From the NCBI GenBank assembly GCA_036257415.1, contig DATAFP010000039.1:1-45569 (forward strand): a stretch of DNA of 45,569 bases, given 5' to 3'. The stretch is from Gemmatimonadales bacterium. Lineage in GTDB: Bacteria > Gemmatimonadota > Gemmatimonadetes > Gemmatimonadales > GWC2-71-9. Under the pieces are notes generated by a model. That model was given only the letters and a program-made list of their open reading frames with translations, did not search any database and had not been told where the DNA came from. The stretch's first letter is position 1. The number at the start of each line of letters is the position of its first letter. The translations under genes and the position numbers were made by a program. Positions 9,935 to 18,502 of the stretch are shown here, piece after piece.

Positions 9935-11338
9935 GTGTCATCTGCTGAGGCGCGCGTGTACGCTCACACGGTCGGCAGCGTTCGCTACACCTTCAGCGAT
10001 CTCAAGACACTGCTCGCGCGCGCCACGCCGTACCGCTCTGGTGACGCGCTCGCGGGCATCGCGGCCGCGTCGGCGGAGGAGCGCGTCGCCGCGCAGATGG
10101 CGCTGGCCGACCTTCCGCTCGCGACGCTGCTCTCGGAGGCGGTCGTCCCGTACGAAGTCGACGAGGTCACCCGCCTCATCATGGACTCGCACGATCGGAC
10201 CGCCTTCGCTCCCGTAGCGCACCTCACGGTGGGCGGGTTCCGCGACTGGCTCCTCTCCTACGATCCCGACGAGGCCGCACTCCAACACCTCGCACCCGGG
10301 CTCACGCCCGAGATGGCCGCCGCGGTTTCCAAGATCATGCGGCTCCAGGATCTCGCGCTGGCGGCGCGGCGCTGCCGGGTGGTGACGCGCTTCCGGACCA
10401 CGCTCGGGCTCGAGGGACGATTCTCCACCCGACTGCAACCGAACCATCCCACCGACGACCCCCGCGGTATCGCGGTGAGCATGCTCGACGGGTTGCTGCA
10501 TGGCTCGGGCGACGCGGTGGTGGGCATCAATCCGGTGACCGATAGCCCCGAGACCGTTCGGGGTCTGCTCGAGATGCTCGACCGGCTGAGGCGGCGGTGG
10601 GACATCCCGATGCAGAGCTGCGTGCTCGCCCACGTCACCACCCAGCTGGAAGCTCTCAATCGCGGCGCACCGGTCGACCTCGTTTTCCAGTCGGTAGCCG
10701 GGACGGAGGCGGCGAACGCCGGGTTCGGCGTTACCATCGCGCTTCTGGACGAGGCACACCAGGCGGTGCGAGAGCTCGGCCGCGGCGGGGATGAGGCCGG
10801 GCTCATGTACTTCGAGACCGGACAGGGAAGCGCCCTGTCCGCCGACGCGCACCACGGCGTGGACCAGCAAACCCTGGAGGCCCGCGCCTACGGGCTCGCC
10901 CGCCGTTATCGTCCGCTGCTGGTGAACACCGTGGTCGGATTCATCGGGCCGGAGTATCTCTACGACGGCAAGCAGATCACGCGAGCCGGACTGGAGGACC
11001 ATTTCTGCGGCAAGCTGCTGGGCCTGCCGATGGGATGCGACGTCTGCTACACCAACCACGCCGAGGCCGATCAGGATGACATGGACACGCTCCTGACCCT
11101 GCTCGCCGCGGCCGGATGTACCTACGTCATGGGGGTGCCGGGTGCCGACGACGTGATGCTGCACTACCAGAGTACCTCGTTCCACGACGCGCTGTACGTC
11201 CGTCGTCTCTTGAGCCTCAGGCCGGCTCCGGAGTTCGAGGCCTGGCTCGAGCGGATGGGCATCCTCGACCGGGCCGGTCGCCTGGTAGAAGGCGCGGCCC
11301 CGCGGTTGCTCGCCGGCGTGCCGGAGCTCCGCACGTGA
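9935..11338 (+). CDS. eutB: ethanolamine ammonia-lyase large subunit
   Basis: Recalled end-to-end similarity to EutB: RSGDALAGIAAASAEERVAAQ, RLQPNHPTDD, VLAHVTTQ, YFETGQGSALSA, NTVVGFIGPEYLYD and GCDVCYTNHA. GTG 9935 directly abuts the nfo stop; GTG 9956 is an alternative start. Confidence 0.85.
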   Translation: MSSAEARVYAHTVGSVRYTFSDLKTLLARATPYRSGDALAGIAAASAEERVAAQMALADLPLATLLSEAVVPYEVDEVTRLIMDSHDRTAFAPVAHLTVGGFRDWLLSYDPDEAALQHLAPGLTPEMAAAVSKIMRLQDLALAARRCRVVTRFRTTLGLEGRFSTRLQPNHPTDDPRGIAVSMLDGLLHGSGDAVVGINPVTDSPETVRGLLEMLDRLRRRWDIPMQSCVLAHVTTQLEALNRGAPVDLVFQSVAGTEAANAGFGVTIALLDEAHQAVRELGRGGDEAGLMYFETGQGSALSADAHHGVDQQTLEARAYGLARRYRPLLVNTVVGFIGPEYLYDGKQITRAGLEDHFCGKLLGLPMGCDVCYTNHAEADQDDMDTLLTLLAAAGCTYVMGVPGADDVMLHYQSTSFHDALYVRRLLSLRPAPEFEAWLERMGILDRAGRLVEGAAPRLLAGVPELRT

Positions 11339-11934
11339 CCCGGGGTCGCTGGATCGCGACGGTAGTGCTGGTGGCGGTACTCGCGTGGATCGTGGGAAGC
11401 CGCTGCGCCGGTGCCCGGGCCAGCGTGCTGGGCGGTGGCGGGCGCGGCGGGGTCACCCACTCGCTGGTGGTCGAGCGGCTCAGGTCGGTTGCGCAGCTCG
11501 TGACCAGCGAGACGACGGTCCGCGACGTGGTCACGTTCGAGGATACCCGGCTCGGCTCGACCAAGCGGTCTCTGGTCGTCGCCACGGCAAGGGTCACGGC
11601 CGGCATCGACCTCGACCCGCCGCCTCAGATTCGGATCGACTCCGCTCGCCGACACGTCGAGGTGGTCCTGCCGCCGGCCCGCGTGCTCGGGATCGAGGTG
11701 ACCGAGCTCAAGACCTATGACGAGCAGCGCGGGCTCTGGAACCCGTTTCGCCCCTCCGACCGCGACGCGATCTTCCGCGAAGCCCGGGCGCAGCTGGGCC
11801 GCTCGGCGGAGGAGCTGGGCCTCGCTGCCCATGCCCAGTCCAGCGCCCGCTCGCTCCTGGGCGCCTTGATCAACGCGGAGGGATATACCGCGACGATATC
11901 GTTCGCGCCGGGCGTCACCGCACCGGCGGACTGA
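11335..11934 (+). CDS. DUF4230-like membrane-anchored protein
   Basis: The GTG start overlaps the eutB TGA (GTGA at 11335-11338). N-terminal TM helix WIATVVLVAVLAWIV. The ARVTAGIDLD...VEVVLPPARVLGIEV pattern is typical of DUF4230. Confidence 0.55.
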   Translation: MTRGRWIATVVLVAVLAWIVGSRCAGARASVLGGGGRGGVTHSLVVERLRSVAQLVTSETTVRDVVTFEDTRLGSTKRSLVVATARVTAGIDLDPPPQIRIDSARRHVEVVLPPARVLGIEVTELKTYDEQRGLWNPFRPSDRDAIFREARAQLGRSAEELGLAAHAQSSARSLLGALINAEGYTATISFAPGVTAPAD

Positions 11935-11951
11935 CTCACTCAGGAGGCCCC

Positions 11952-12551
11952 GTGACCAGCTCTCATCGATGTCTCGTGCTCGCGACGCTCGCCACGGCGG
12001 GAAGCGCTCCGCTCACTGCGCAGACGGCGCCGCTTCGCGCCACTCAGCAGATCGCCGTCGCGGTGCTCGCCGCTCCGCCCGAGCTCCGCGCCGACGCCAC
12101 CGTGCTCGGCTACGGTGCCGACGGGCAGCTTCGCACTCTCCGGGCCGGCACGGGCGGGTTGATCTGCCTGGCGCCCAACCCGGCGCAGAAGGAGTTCCAG
12201 GTCGCCTGTTATCATCGGTCACTGGAGCCGTTCATGGCCCGAGGACGCGCACTCCGCGCGGCCGGCCTCGAGGGCGAGCGGGTCGACAGCGCGCGGTTCG
12301 CGGAGGTGCGGGCCGGTACGCTGGAGATGCCGGACCACGCCGCGGCGCTGTACAACATGTTCGGGCCCGCCGGGAGCTTCGACCTGGCGACGGGGCGCGT
12401 CACCGGCGCCAAGACGCTGTTCGTGGTCTATATCCCCGGGGCGACGCCGGAATCGACCGGGATTCCCGAAACGCCGGCTGAGGGAGCGCCCTGGATCATG
12501 GCAGCGGGGACGCCGCGAGCGCACATCATGTTCGTTCCCAGCATGCGATGA
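11952..12551 (+). CDS. exported protein, unknown function
   Basis: GTG start preceded by AGGAGG (11942-11947). Signal peptide ...LATLATAGSAPLTAQ. Looks like a remote paralogue of the 38804-39484 protein. Confidence 0.55.
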   Translation: MTSSHRCLVLATLATAGSAPLTAQTAPLRATQQIAVAVLAAPPELRADATVLGYGADGQLRTLRAGTGGLICLAPNPAQKEFQVACYHRSLEPFMARGRALRAAGLEGERVDSARFAEVRAGTLEMPDHAAALYNMFGPAGSFDLATGRVTGAKTLFVVYIPGATPESTGIPETPAEGAPWIMAAGTPRAHIMFVPSMR

Positions 12552-13372
12552 TTCCGCGGCCGCGGCCCCGGCCGCGATTGCGGGGAGCGCGGCTCGTCGT
12601 CGGCAGTCTCCTGCTCCTGTGCCCCGGGCTGGCCGGAGCGCAGGTCGACGCGTTCCGCTTCGACTCGTCTCGAGTGCCCGTCGGCCGAGCCTTCGAATAC
12701 GTCAAGTCGAACCGGGACGGCACTCACCCCACCCAGGTCACCGTCTACGTTCCAGCGATTGACCGGCTGGAGTCGCTGAAGTGGGATTCCGGGGGTGACG
12801 TCGCGACCCTCGTCTCCGCGTCACTCGACTGGAAGCATTTCTCCGTCCGCGGCTTTGAATCGCGGCGGCTCCGTCGCGCTGGCCCCGAGGTGCTGCAGGG
12901 GACGCTTGCCACCGACGGCACTCGCCCGGAGATCCGGGTGTCCTTTCTGCCCGACAGCGTGATCACGGTACGGGCCTGGCCGTGGCACAGCTACGATTTC
13001 GACTTCGCCAGCCTCGGCGCCGCCTTGCCGCATCTCCGGGATCCGCAAGCCGGGTTCGTCTTCGCGCGGATGGACGTGGTGTACGCTGGGGATGACGTGG
13101 GCTTCGCGGACCTTGGCCCGGTGGAGGTGGCCTTCGAGCAACGGGAGCGGAGGGACGGACGCGACACTCGACGCTACCGTATCGGCGGCCCCGGCCTGTT
13201 CAATACGACTGGGCTGCTTTGGACCGACGCGCGGGACGGAACCCTGATCGAGTACGAGATCCCCATTCCGGACGAGCCCGGGTTCCTGGACGGGCGGCTC
13301 CGCCTTACCCAGACGCTCGAGCTCGGGCCGGCGGAGTGGGAGGCATACAAAAAGGCCAGGATCGGACGCTGA
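12548..13372 (+). CDS. exported protein, unknown function
   Basis: ATGA overlap with the upstream stop. Arg-rich n-region followed by LVVGSLLLLCPGLAGAQ as signal peptide. No motif recognised. Confidence 0.5.
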   Translation: MIPRPRPRPRLRGARLVVGSLLLLCPGLAGAQVDAFRFDSSRVPVGRAFEYVKSNRDGTHPTQVTVYVPAIDRLESLKWDSGGDVATLVSASLDWKHFSVRGFESRRLRRAGPEVLQGTLATDGTRPEIRVSFLPDSVITVRAWPWHSYDFDFASLGAALPHLRDPQAGFVFARMDVVYAGDDVGFADLGPVEVAFEQRERRDGRDTRRYRIGGPGLFNTTGLLWTDARDGTLIEYEIPIPDEPGFLDGRLRLTQTLELGPAEWEAYKKARIGR

Positions 13373-13380
13373 TCCTGGCC
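13354..13380. terminator. perfect 10-bp stem / 7-nt loop hairpin between convergent genes
   Basis: GGCCAGGATC (13354-13363) pairs with GATCCTGGCC (13371-13380). The hairpin overlaps the TGA at 13370-13372 and sits 22 nt from the stop of the convergent gene. It lacks a T-tract. Confidence 0.5.
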
Positions 13381-13401
13381 CCGTGAGCTCCGGTCGGCGG
13401 C

Positions 13402-14979
13402 CTAGAATCGTGACGTTGTCAGCTTCACATCCGGACCGGTGGCCGCGAGCCGCTTATCGACGTCGACGGCTTCAGCCTCCTTCCCCTGCGCACGGAGACT
13501 GGCCGCGAGGCCCGCGAGCCCCCAGGCGTTGTTGGGAAACCGCTCGAGATCCTCGCGATAACGCTTTTCCGCCTCGGCGGGCCGCCCCATCGTCAGGAGC
13601 AGGGCGCCGACTAAGTGCCGCACGGGCTGGTGCCAATAGGGGGGCTCGATGTACACCATTCCGTCCTCCAGCTCCTGCGCGGCCTCGAGCTGCTCGAGCG
13701 CCTTATCGTTCCGCCCCGCCCTCACCTCCACCTCCGCCGCCAGCACCTGCGCGCCGATCTCGACGCTCGTGCGGGTGTCGTCCTTGGGAAGGACGGCGGC
13801 GATGGCCGTCAGGGTATCGAGCGCGGTCCGGGCATCGTCTATTCGTCCCTTGGTCGCGAAGGCCATCCCCCGGCTGAAGTGGGCGAGCGCGACGGCGAAC
13901 CGCAGGTCGGAGCGGGGAAGGGGAAGCGCGAGCAGCTCGTCCCAGCGGCCGAAGGTCTGCAACTCGAGCTGGTGGAACACCGCGGTGGGCTGCGCGAACG
14001 GCACCTGTGCCAGTATGTCGAGCGGAACGCGCTCGGTCACGATCCGTGCCGCCTCGATGGCCTTTGCACTCCGGCCGGCGAGCTGGGCCGCGAACGCCAT
14101 GAAGTGGTAGTTGTGGGGATAGTACGCGCCGATGTAGATCCCCATCGGGGGGTGTTCTTGACTGATGTACGATTCGTCGGCGTGCACTGCATGCTCGTTG
14201 GCCTCGATCGCATCGGCGTAACGCCCCACCCGGATGTAGATGTGCCCCGGCATGTGTACGAGATGGCCGGCACCGGGCATTAGCGCGGCCAGGCGCTCGG
14301 CGCACGGAACCGCCTTCTCCGGCGTCGCGGCCTCGACGGCGTGAATGTAGAGATGGCAGGCGCCGGGATGCTTGGGATTCCGCGCCGTCACCCGCTCGAG
14401 CATTGCCACCAGGTCGGGCGTGCCGGGCTGCGGCGTGCCGTTTCGCTCCCAGTAGTTCCACGGCCGGAGATTCATCATCGCGTCGGCGGCGAGGGTCTGG
14501 GCGTCGTCGTCCGCGGGATACGCCCGTGCTACGGCCCGTGCCGCGGTGGCGTACGTGGAATCCAGCTTGGCGCGGTCGGCGGCAGGGTCCGCCGAGTAGC
14601 GCTTGGCCAGCGCGTCGATCAGGGCGCGTTCCGTCGGAGTCGTGTTACGGGCGAGCTGCTTGGCCTTGGTGATCGCCGTCCACGCCGGCGCGACCGCCGC
14701 CGTGTCCATTGGCGCGTTGATGTTCGGCCCTAGCGCGAGCGCTACGCCCCACCAGCACATCGCGCAGCGGGGGTCGCGCCGCGCGGCTTCCTGGAACGCC
14801 CGGATCGCCTCCGGGTGGTTGAAGGCGTAGTGCAGCCGGAGACCCTGGTCGAAGTAGCGCTGGGCGATGGGACTCGCGGTCACCTTGCGGTGGAAATCGC
14901 CCAGGTTGTCGTACAGGGGCACGGTGTCCGGGGGTGACCCGACGAGCGCCGCAAGGAACGCGAAAGAGGCGACGAGCAT
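13402..14979 (-). CDS. TPR-like helical repeat protein, exported
   Basis: The internal ATG at 14979 gives MLVASFAFLAALVGS as signal/anchor. The 90 upstream codons of the longest ORF are Arg/Pro-rich with no protein-like character. Helical repeats run throughout. Paralogue of the fragment at 2-535. Confidence 0.65.
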   Translation of the reverse strand: MLVASFAFLAALVGSPPDTVPLYDNLGDFHRKVTASPIAQRYFDQGLRLHYAFNHPEAIRAFQEAARRDPRCAMCWWGVALALGPNINAPMDTAAVAPAWTAITKAKQLARNTTPTERALIDALAKRYSADPAADRAKLDSTYATAARAVARAYPADDDAQTLAADAMMNLRPWNYWERNGTPQPGTPDLVAMLERVTARNPKHPGACHLYIHAVEAATPEKAVPCAERLAALMPGAGHLVHMPGHIYIRVGRYADAIEANEHAVHADESYISQEHPPMGIYIGAYYPHNYHFMAFAAQLAGRSAKAIEAARIVTERVPLDILAQVPFAQPTAVFHQLELQTFGRWDELLALPLPRSDLRFAVALAHFSRGMAFATKGRIDDARTALDTLTAIAAVLPKDDTRTSVEIGAQVLAAEVEVRAGRNDKALEQLEAAQELEDGMVYIEPPYWHQPVRHLVGALLLTMGRPAEAEKRYREDLERFPNNAWGLAGLAASLRAQGKEAEAVDVDKRLAATGPDVKLTTSRF

Positions 14980-15134
14980 GGTGGCCTGCCTGTGGGTTCG
15001 TAGGTAAACGCTACGACGGAAATCTCGGATCCGGAGGGGTGGTGCGGAATCGGCACGCACGGGATCCGGAGGTCGGACGGCGGATGACACCACCCCGGGA
15101 GTGCGGCCCTGACGGCGAACGATAGATTGGTCGC

Positions 15135-16292
15135 GTGTCGGTCCGTCTCCGAGACATTCCTGGCTTCTCCATCGACCGGGTGGCCGCCGCCGCGGGGAAG
15201 GACCCGGCCGTGCTGCGGCTGGAGAACCTCGACACCGACCTCCGACCACCCGCGGCGGCCATCGCCGCCACCCGGCTTGCCATCGACGACGACGACGCCA
15301 ACAGCTACCTGCCCTTCACCGGCACCGACGAGCTGCGGCGGGCCGCGGCCGCCCACGTAAGCCGGCTGAGTGGAGTCACATATGACCCGGCGCTCCAGTG
15401 CGTGATCAGCGCCGGGGGCACGGCCGGCATGTTCAACGCCCTCCTCGCAGTGCTCGATCCGGGCGACGAGGTGATCCTCACTGACCCGACCTACGCCGGG
15501 ATGATCTATCGGGTGCGCCTCGCCGGAGGCCTGCCACGGCTGGTACCGTTCGTTCGCGAGAGTGGCGGATGGCGGCTCGACCTCGATGCCCTCGACGCCG
15601 CGGTCTCGTCGCGCACCCGGATGTTGTTTCTGATGAATCCCTCGATGCCATCGGGCGCGGTGCTGAACGCGACCGAGTGGCTTCGAATCGCCACGGTGTG
15701 TGCAGGGCACGACCTCTGGCTCTTGTACAACGCCGCGATGGAGCGAATCCTGTACGATGGACGATCGTACGTGCACCCCGCCGGGCTACCCGGGATGGCG
15801 GAGCGCACCATCACGGTCGGATCGGTTTCAAAAGAATACCGGATGATCGGCTGGCGGGTTGGCTGGGTGATAGGCCCGGTGAGCATCATGGCCGACATCG
15901 CCAAGGTCGGCATCTACAACGTGGTGACGCCGGTGGGCCTGGCGCAGCCGGCCGCGGCAGCGGCACTGACGACCGCCGACGACGGCGTCCAAGCGGCGGT
16001 GGCGGAGTGGGAGCGCCGCCGCGATCTGGTCGTCGCTGAGCTCGACGGGCTCCCTTTCACCCCCGCCGCGGGGGGCTGGTCGTTGCTGCTCGATGTTGCG
16101 GCGCTGGGCCTCGATTCGTTCACGGCGTCGGAGCAGCTGCTCGCTCGCGGCCGGATCGCTGCGACGCCGATGCGACACTGGGGCGAGGTCAACGGGGATA
16201 ACTTCATCCGCTTCGTCTTCAGCAACGAATCAGTGGCCCGGTTGACCGGCATGGGGCCGCGCGTGCGGCAGGCGCTTTGGCCGGGGAGATGA
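15135..16292 (+). CDS. PLP-dependent aminotransferase, class I/II
   Basis: SVSKEYRMIGWRVGW (PLP-lysine block) and the LENLDTDLRPP and NSYLPFTG motifs typical of class I/II aminotransferases. GTG start. Confidence 0.8.
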   Translation: MSVRLRDIPGFSIDRVAAAAGKDPAVLRLENLDTDLRPPAAAIAATRLAIDDDDANSYLPFTGTDELRRAAAAHVSRLSGVTYDPALQCVISAGGTAGMFNALLAVLDPGDEVILTDPTYAGMIYRVRLAGGLPRLVPFVRESGGWRLDLDALDAAVSSRTRMLFLMNPSMPSGAVLNATEWLRIATVCAGHDLWLLYNAAMERILYDGRSYVHPAGLPGMAERTITVGSVSKEYRMIGWRVGWVIGPVSIMADIAKVGIYNVVTPVGLAQPAAAAALTTADDGVQAAVAEWERRRDLVVAELDGLPFTPAAGGWSLLLDVAALGLDSFTASEQLLARGRIAATPMRHWGEVNGDNFIRFVFSNESVARLTGMGPRVRQALWPGR

Positions 16293-16486
16293 GCATGCGG
16301 TTCGTCCCGCTGTTTCGTGCCGGCGCCTGGTTCCTCGTGGCCGCGGGAGTCTGGTACTTGTACCTCGGCGCGCGCAGCGCGCGAGATGGTTCGGCCGTGT
16401 GGCGTCCGCTCGCTATCATGGGGGTGGCGGTCCTGGCGGTGGGCACGTCGCTGCTCATCTGGTTTCGCCGCGCCGGCCGGCCCTGA
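16289..16486 (+). CDS. two-TM micro-protein
   Basis: ATG 16289 overlaps the aminotransferase TGA (ATGA). Two hydrophobic helices are visible: AWFLVAAGVWYLYL and LAIMGVAVLAVGTSLLIW. Confidence 0.45.
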   Translation: MSMRFVPLFRAGAWFLVAAGVWYLYLGARSARDGSAVWRPLAIMGVAVLAVGTSLLIWFRRAGRP

Positions 16487-16614
16487 CACTCTCATGCCCC
16501 GGCTTCGCTGCGGCGGTGCCACACGACCGCGCGCGGCCGGTTTCCCAACCTACTGACACCCATGTACTTAGGAGGCGATTCGACGCTGGTGTAGTGCTTG
16601 CTTGACGTCGTTTC

Positions 16615-17679
16615 GTGAGCCGACTCTCTACGTCCATTCTCATCGTCCGGCACGGTCCCGGCCGCGGGCGCTTCTTCCGCTACGGCGAACGCACGCTCGA
16701 TTGGATCCGGCGCAACGACCCCGCGCTGGGCCGGCGGATCGTCATCCACGAGACCGGCAGCGGCGCCACCCCCACGGTGGCGGCCGACGCCGGAGCCGTC
16801 GTTTTCTGGATGGCCGACCCGCTGCGCGAGCTGTATTCCGACTGCTTCGCCGAAGCGTGCGAGATCGCCGAGCTCGCGACCCGCCGAGGCGCGCGGGTGG
16901 TGAATCCACCGGACACGCTGTCCAACTCAATCAAGACCACGCAAGCCCGCCTCTGGGAGCAGGCCGGCATTCCCTGCGCGAGCGGGCAACGATTCACCGG
17001 ACCGATCGAGCTCGAGCGCCTGCTGGAGACCGCGGAATTTCCGGTCATCGTGCGCCCGGACCTTCTCCATGCGCAGCAGGGCATGCACCTGTGCGGCACC
17101 CGCGACGAAGCGATCGCCGCGGCCGAAGCCGATGGCCGCTACCCCGGCGCCCTGATGCAGTTCGTGGACACGCGCCAGGAGTATCGCCTTCGCGACGCCG
17201 CCAGCGTCTGGGCCCAGTGCTATCACAAGAAACGGGCGTACGTCTTCGGCGACGTTGTGCTGCCGATCCACATCTTCTTCTCAACCTCACCCATCGTGGC
17301 CTGGAGGGGCTCGACCTTCTCACGCTACGCGGGGTGGGCCTCTCTGGGGCAGCACATCGCCTACTTCCGGCGACTGGATCGAGAGGCGTTGACCGCGGAC
17401 ATCGCCTTCTCCCGCGGCAACCCGGAAGAGCCCGCGCTGATGCGACGCGCGGCCGCCGCGCTCGGCCTCGAGTTCGTCGCTCTGGACTACTCGACCTTCG
17501 CCGACGGCAGGGTCGTGCTGTGGGAAGCGAATCCGCATCCCAGCATTCCCGGATGGCGCCATACCGGCATGCCACTCGCACGCCGCACGTTCGGGCGCCT
17601 CACCCGCATCTACGCCGCTATCGCGACGTTCTTCCGCAGTCTGGTCCATGAGTCGATCGACCACCGCCGAACCGCATAG
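16615..17679 (+). CDS. ATP-grasp fold ligase (RimK-like)
   Basis: FPVIVRPD, YHKKRAYVFGDVV and a C-terminal VLWEANPHP, arranged as in ATP-grasp enzymes. GTG 16615 is the first start after an in-frame TGA. Confidence 0.6.
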   Translation: MSRLSTSILIVRHGPGRGRFFRYGERTLDWIRRNDPALGRRIVIHETGSGATPTVAADAGAVVFWMADPLRELYSDCFAEACEIAELATRRGARVVNPPDTLSNSIKTTQARLWEQAGIPCASGQRFTGPIELERLLETAEFPVIVRPDLLHAQQGMHLCGTRDEAIAAAEADGRYPGALMQFVDTRQEYRLRDAASVWAQCYHKKRAYVFGDVVLPIHIFFSTSPIVAWRGSTFSRYAGWASLGQHIAYFRRLDREALTADIAFSRGNPEEPALMRRAAAALGLEFVALDYSTFADGRVVLWEANPHPSIPGWRHTGMPLARRTFGRLTRIYAAIATFFRSLVHESIDHRRTA

Positions 17680-18502
17680 CGCGGCGTCGCTCGCCGCCGA
17701 GCTGCTCGAGAGCGACCGCAGCTACTTCGAGAGTGCCGCGGTGCTGGAGTTGGCCGGCGGCGCGACCATCGCGCGCGTGCCCGGCCTGGAGCGGGTGTCG
17801 GCCGGTTGCGTGGTGCACCGGGTAGATCCCTCGGTGCTTCCTCGCGATCCGCTTCGATGGGTCGAGCTGGTGGAGCAGCGCCTCCGCGGTCACGGCTGCC
17901 GCAGGGCGCGATACTACCTGACCGGCCGGCATCCCGGTCTGGAGGCCGCGCTGCTCGCCCGGGGCTACCGGCCGCAGGACGAAACCGGCTACGTCCTCGC
18001 GGTGGACGGTCGTCCGATCGGCCCGCGGCCCGACGCGCCGGTCGCCGAGCTCCGGCCGGTGACGACGTCGGACGATTGGGCGGCCAAGCTCGCCCTGCAC
18101 CGGCTCGCCGGCCCGGGGCCGGATGGGCACGAGTCGGATCCGGATGCGTGGGTCGAGCTGGAGCGGATCCGGGTGACCACCGGGTGGATGCGTCCGTTCT
18201 TCATCGTCTCGCGCGGCGCTATCTGCGGCGTCGTCGCGCTGGCCTCGGGCGGGTCGCTGCTTCGGCTCAAGAACCTGGTCATTCATCCGAGCTGGCGTCG
18301 CATGGGCATCGGCACCGCGGTGCTCCACCGCACGATCGCGATCGCATGGCGCGAGGGCTGGGCCGGCGTGGGCGCCTTCGCGCTCACCGGCGATCCGTCC
18401 GAACAGCTCTACCGGAATGCCGGGTACGAGGCCGTGGCGCGCCAGACCGAATGGATGCGGCCGCTCGGTCTCCGCATCGATATCCTGGAGCCCACCGCGT
18501 GA
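17648..18502 (+). CDS. GNAT family N-acetyltransferase (two-lobed)
   Basis: Motif A LVIHPSWRRMGIGTAVL and a C-terminal LYRNAGYE. The ORF overlaps the ATP-grasp 3' end by 32 nt. Confidence 0.7.
   Translation: MSRSTTAEPHSAASLAAELLESDRSYFESAAVLELAGGATIARVPGLERVSAGCVVHRVDPSVLPRDPLRWVELVEQRLRGHGCRRARYYLTGRHPGLEAALLARGYRPQDETGYVLAVDGRPIGPRPDAPVAELRPVTTSDDWAAKLALHRLAGPGPDGHESDPDAWVELERIRVTTGWMRPFFIVSRGAICGVVALASGGSLLRLKNLVIHPSWRRMGIGTAVLHRTIAIAWREGWAGVGAFALTGDPSEQLYRNAGYEAVARQTEWMRPLGLRIDILEPTA

Noticed and set aside
11116-11934. The possibility that the ORF downstream of eutB encodes EutC.
   Set aside because: The sequence (a TM anchor followed by the DUF4230-like pattern) bears no resemblance to the EutC small subunit as I recall it. 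The part upstream of 11335 is an alternative frame of eutB.
13402-15249. The longest form (615 aa) of the TPR-like gene.
   Set aside because: The first 90 codons are Arg/Pro-rich and would remove the divergent promoter region. The internal ATG at 14979 gives a normal signal/anchor sequence.
16562-16594. A 10-codon uORF (MYLGGDSTLV) and an AGGAGG at 16570-16575 upstream of the ATP-grasp gene, as a possible leader peptide.
   Set aside because: The AGGAGG lies inside the uORF and 40 nt from the GTG 16615 start. There is no associated alternative hairpin structure. It is too weak to call.
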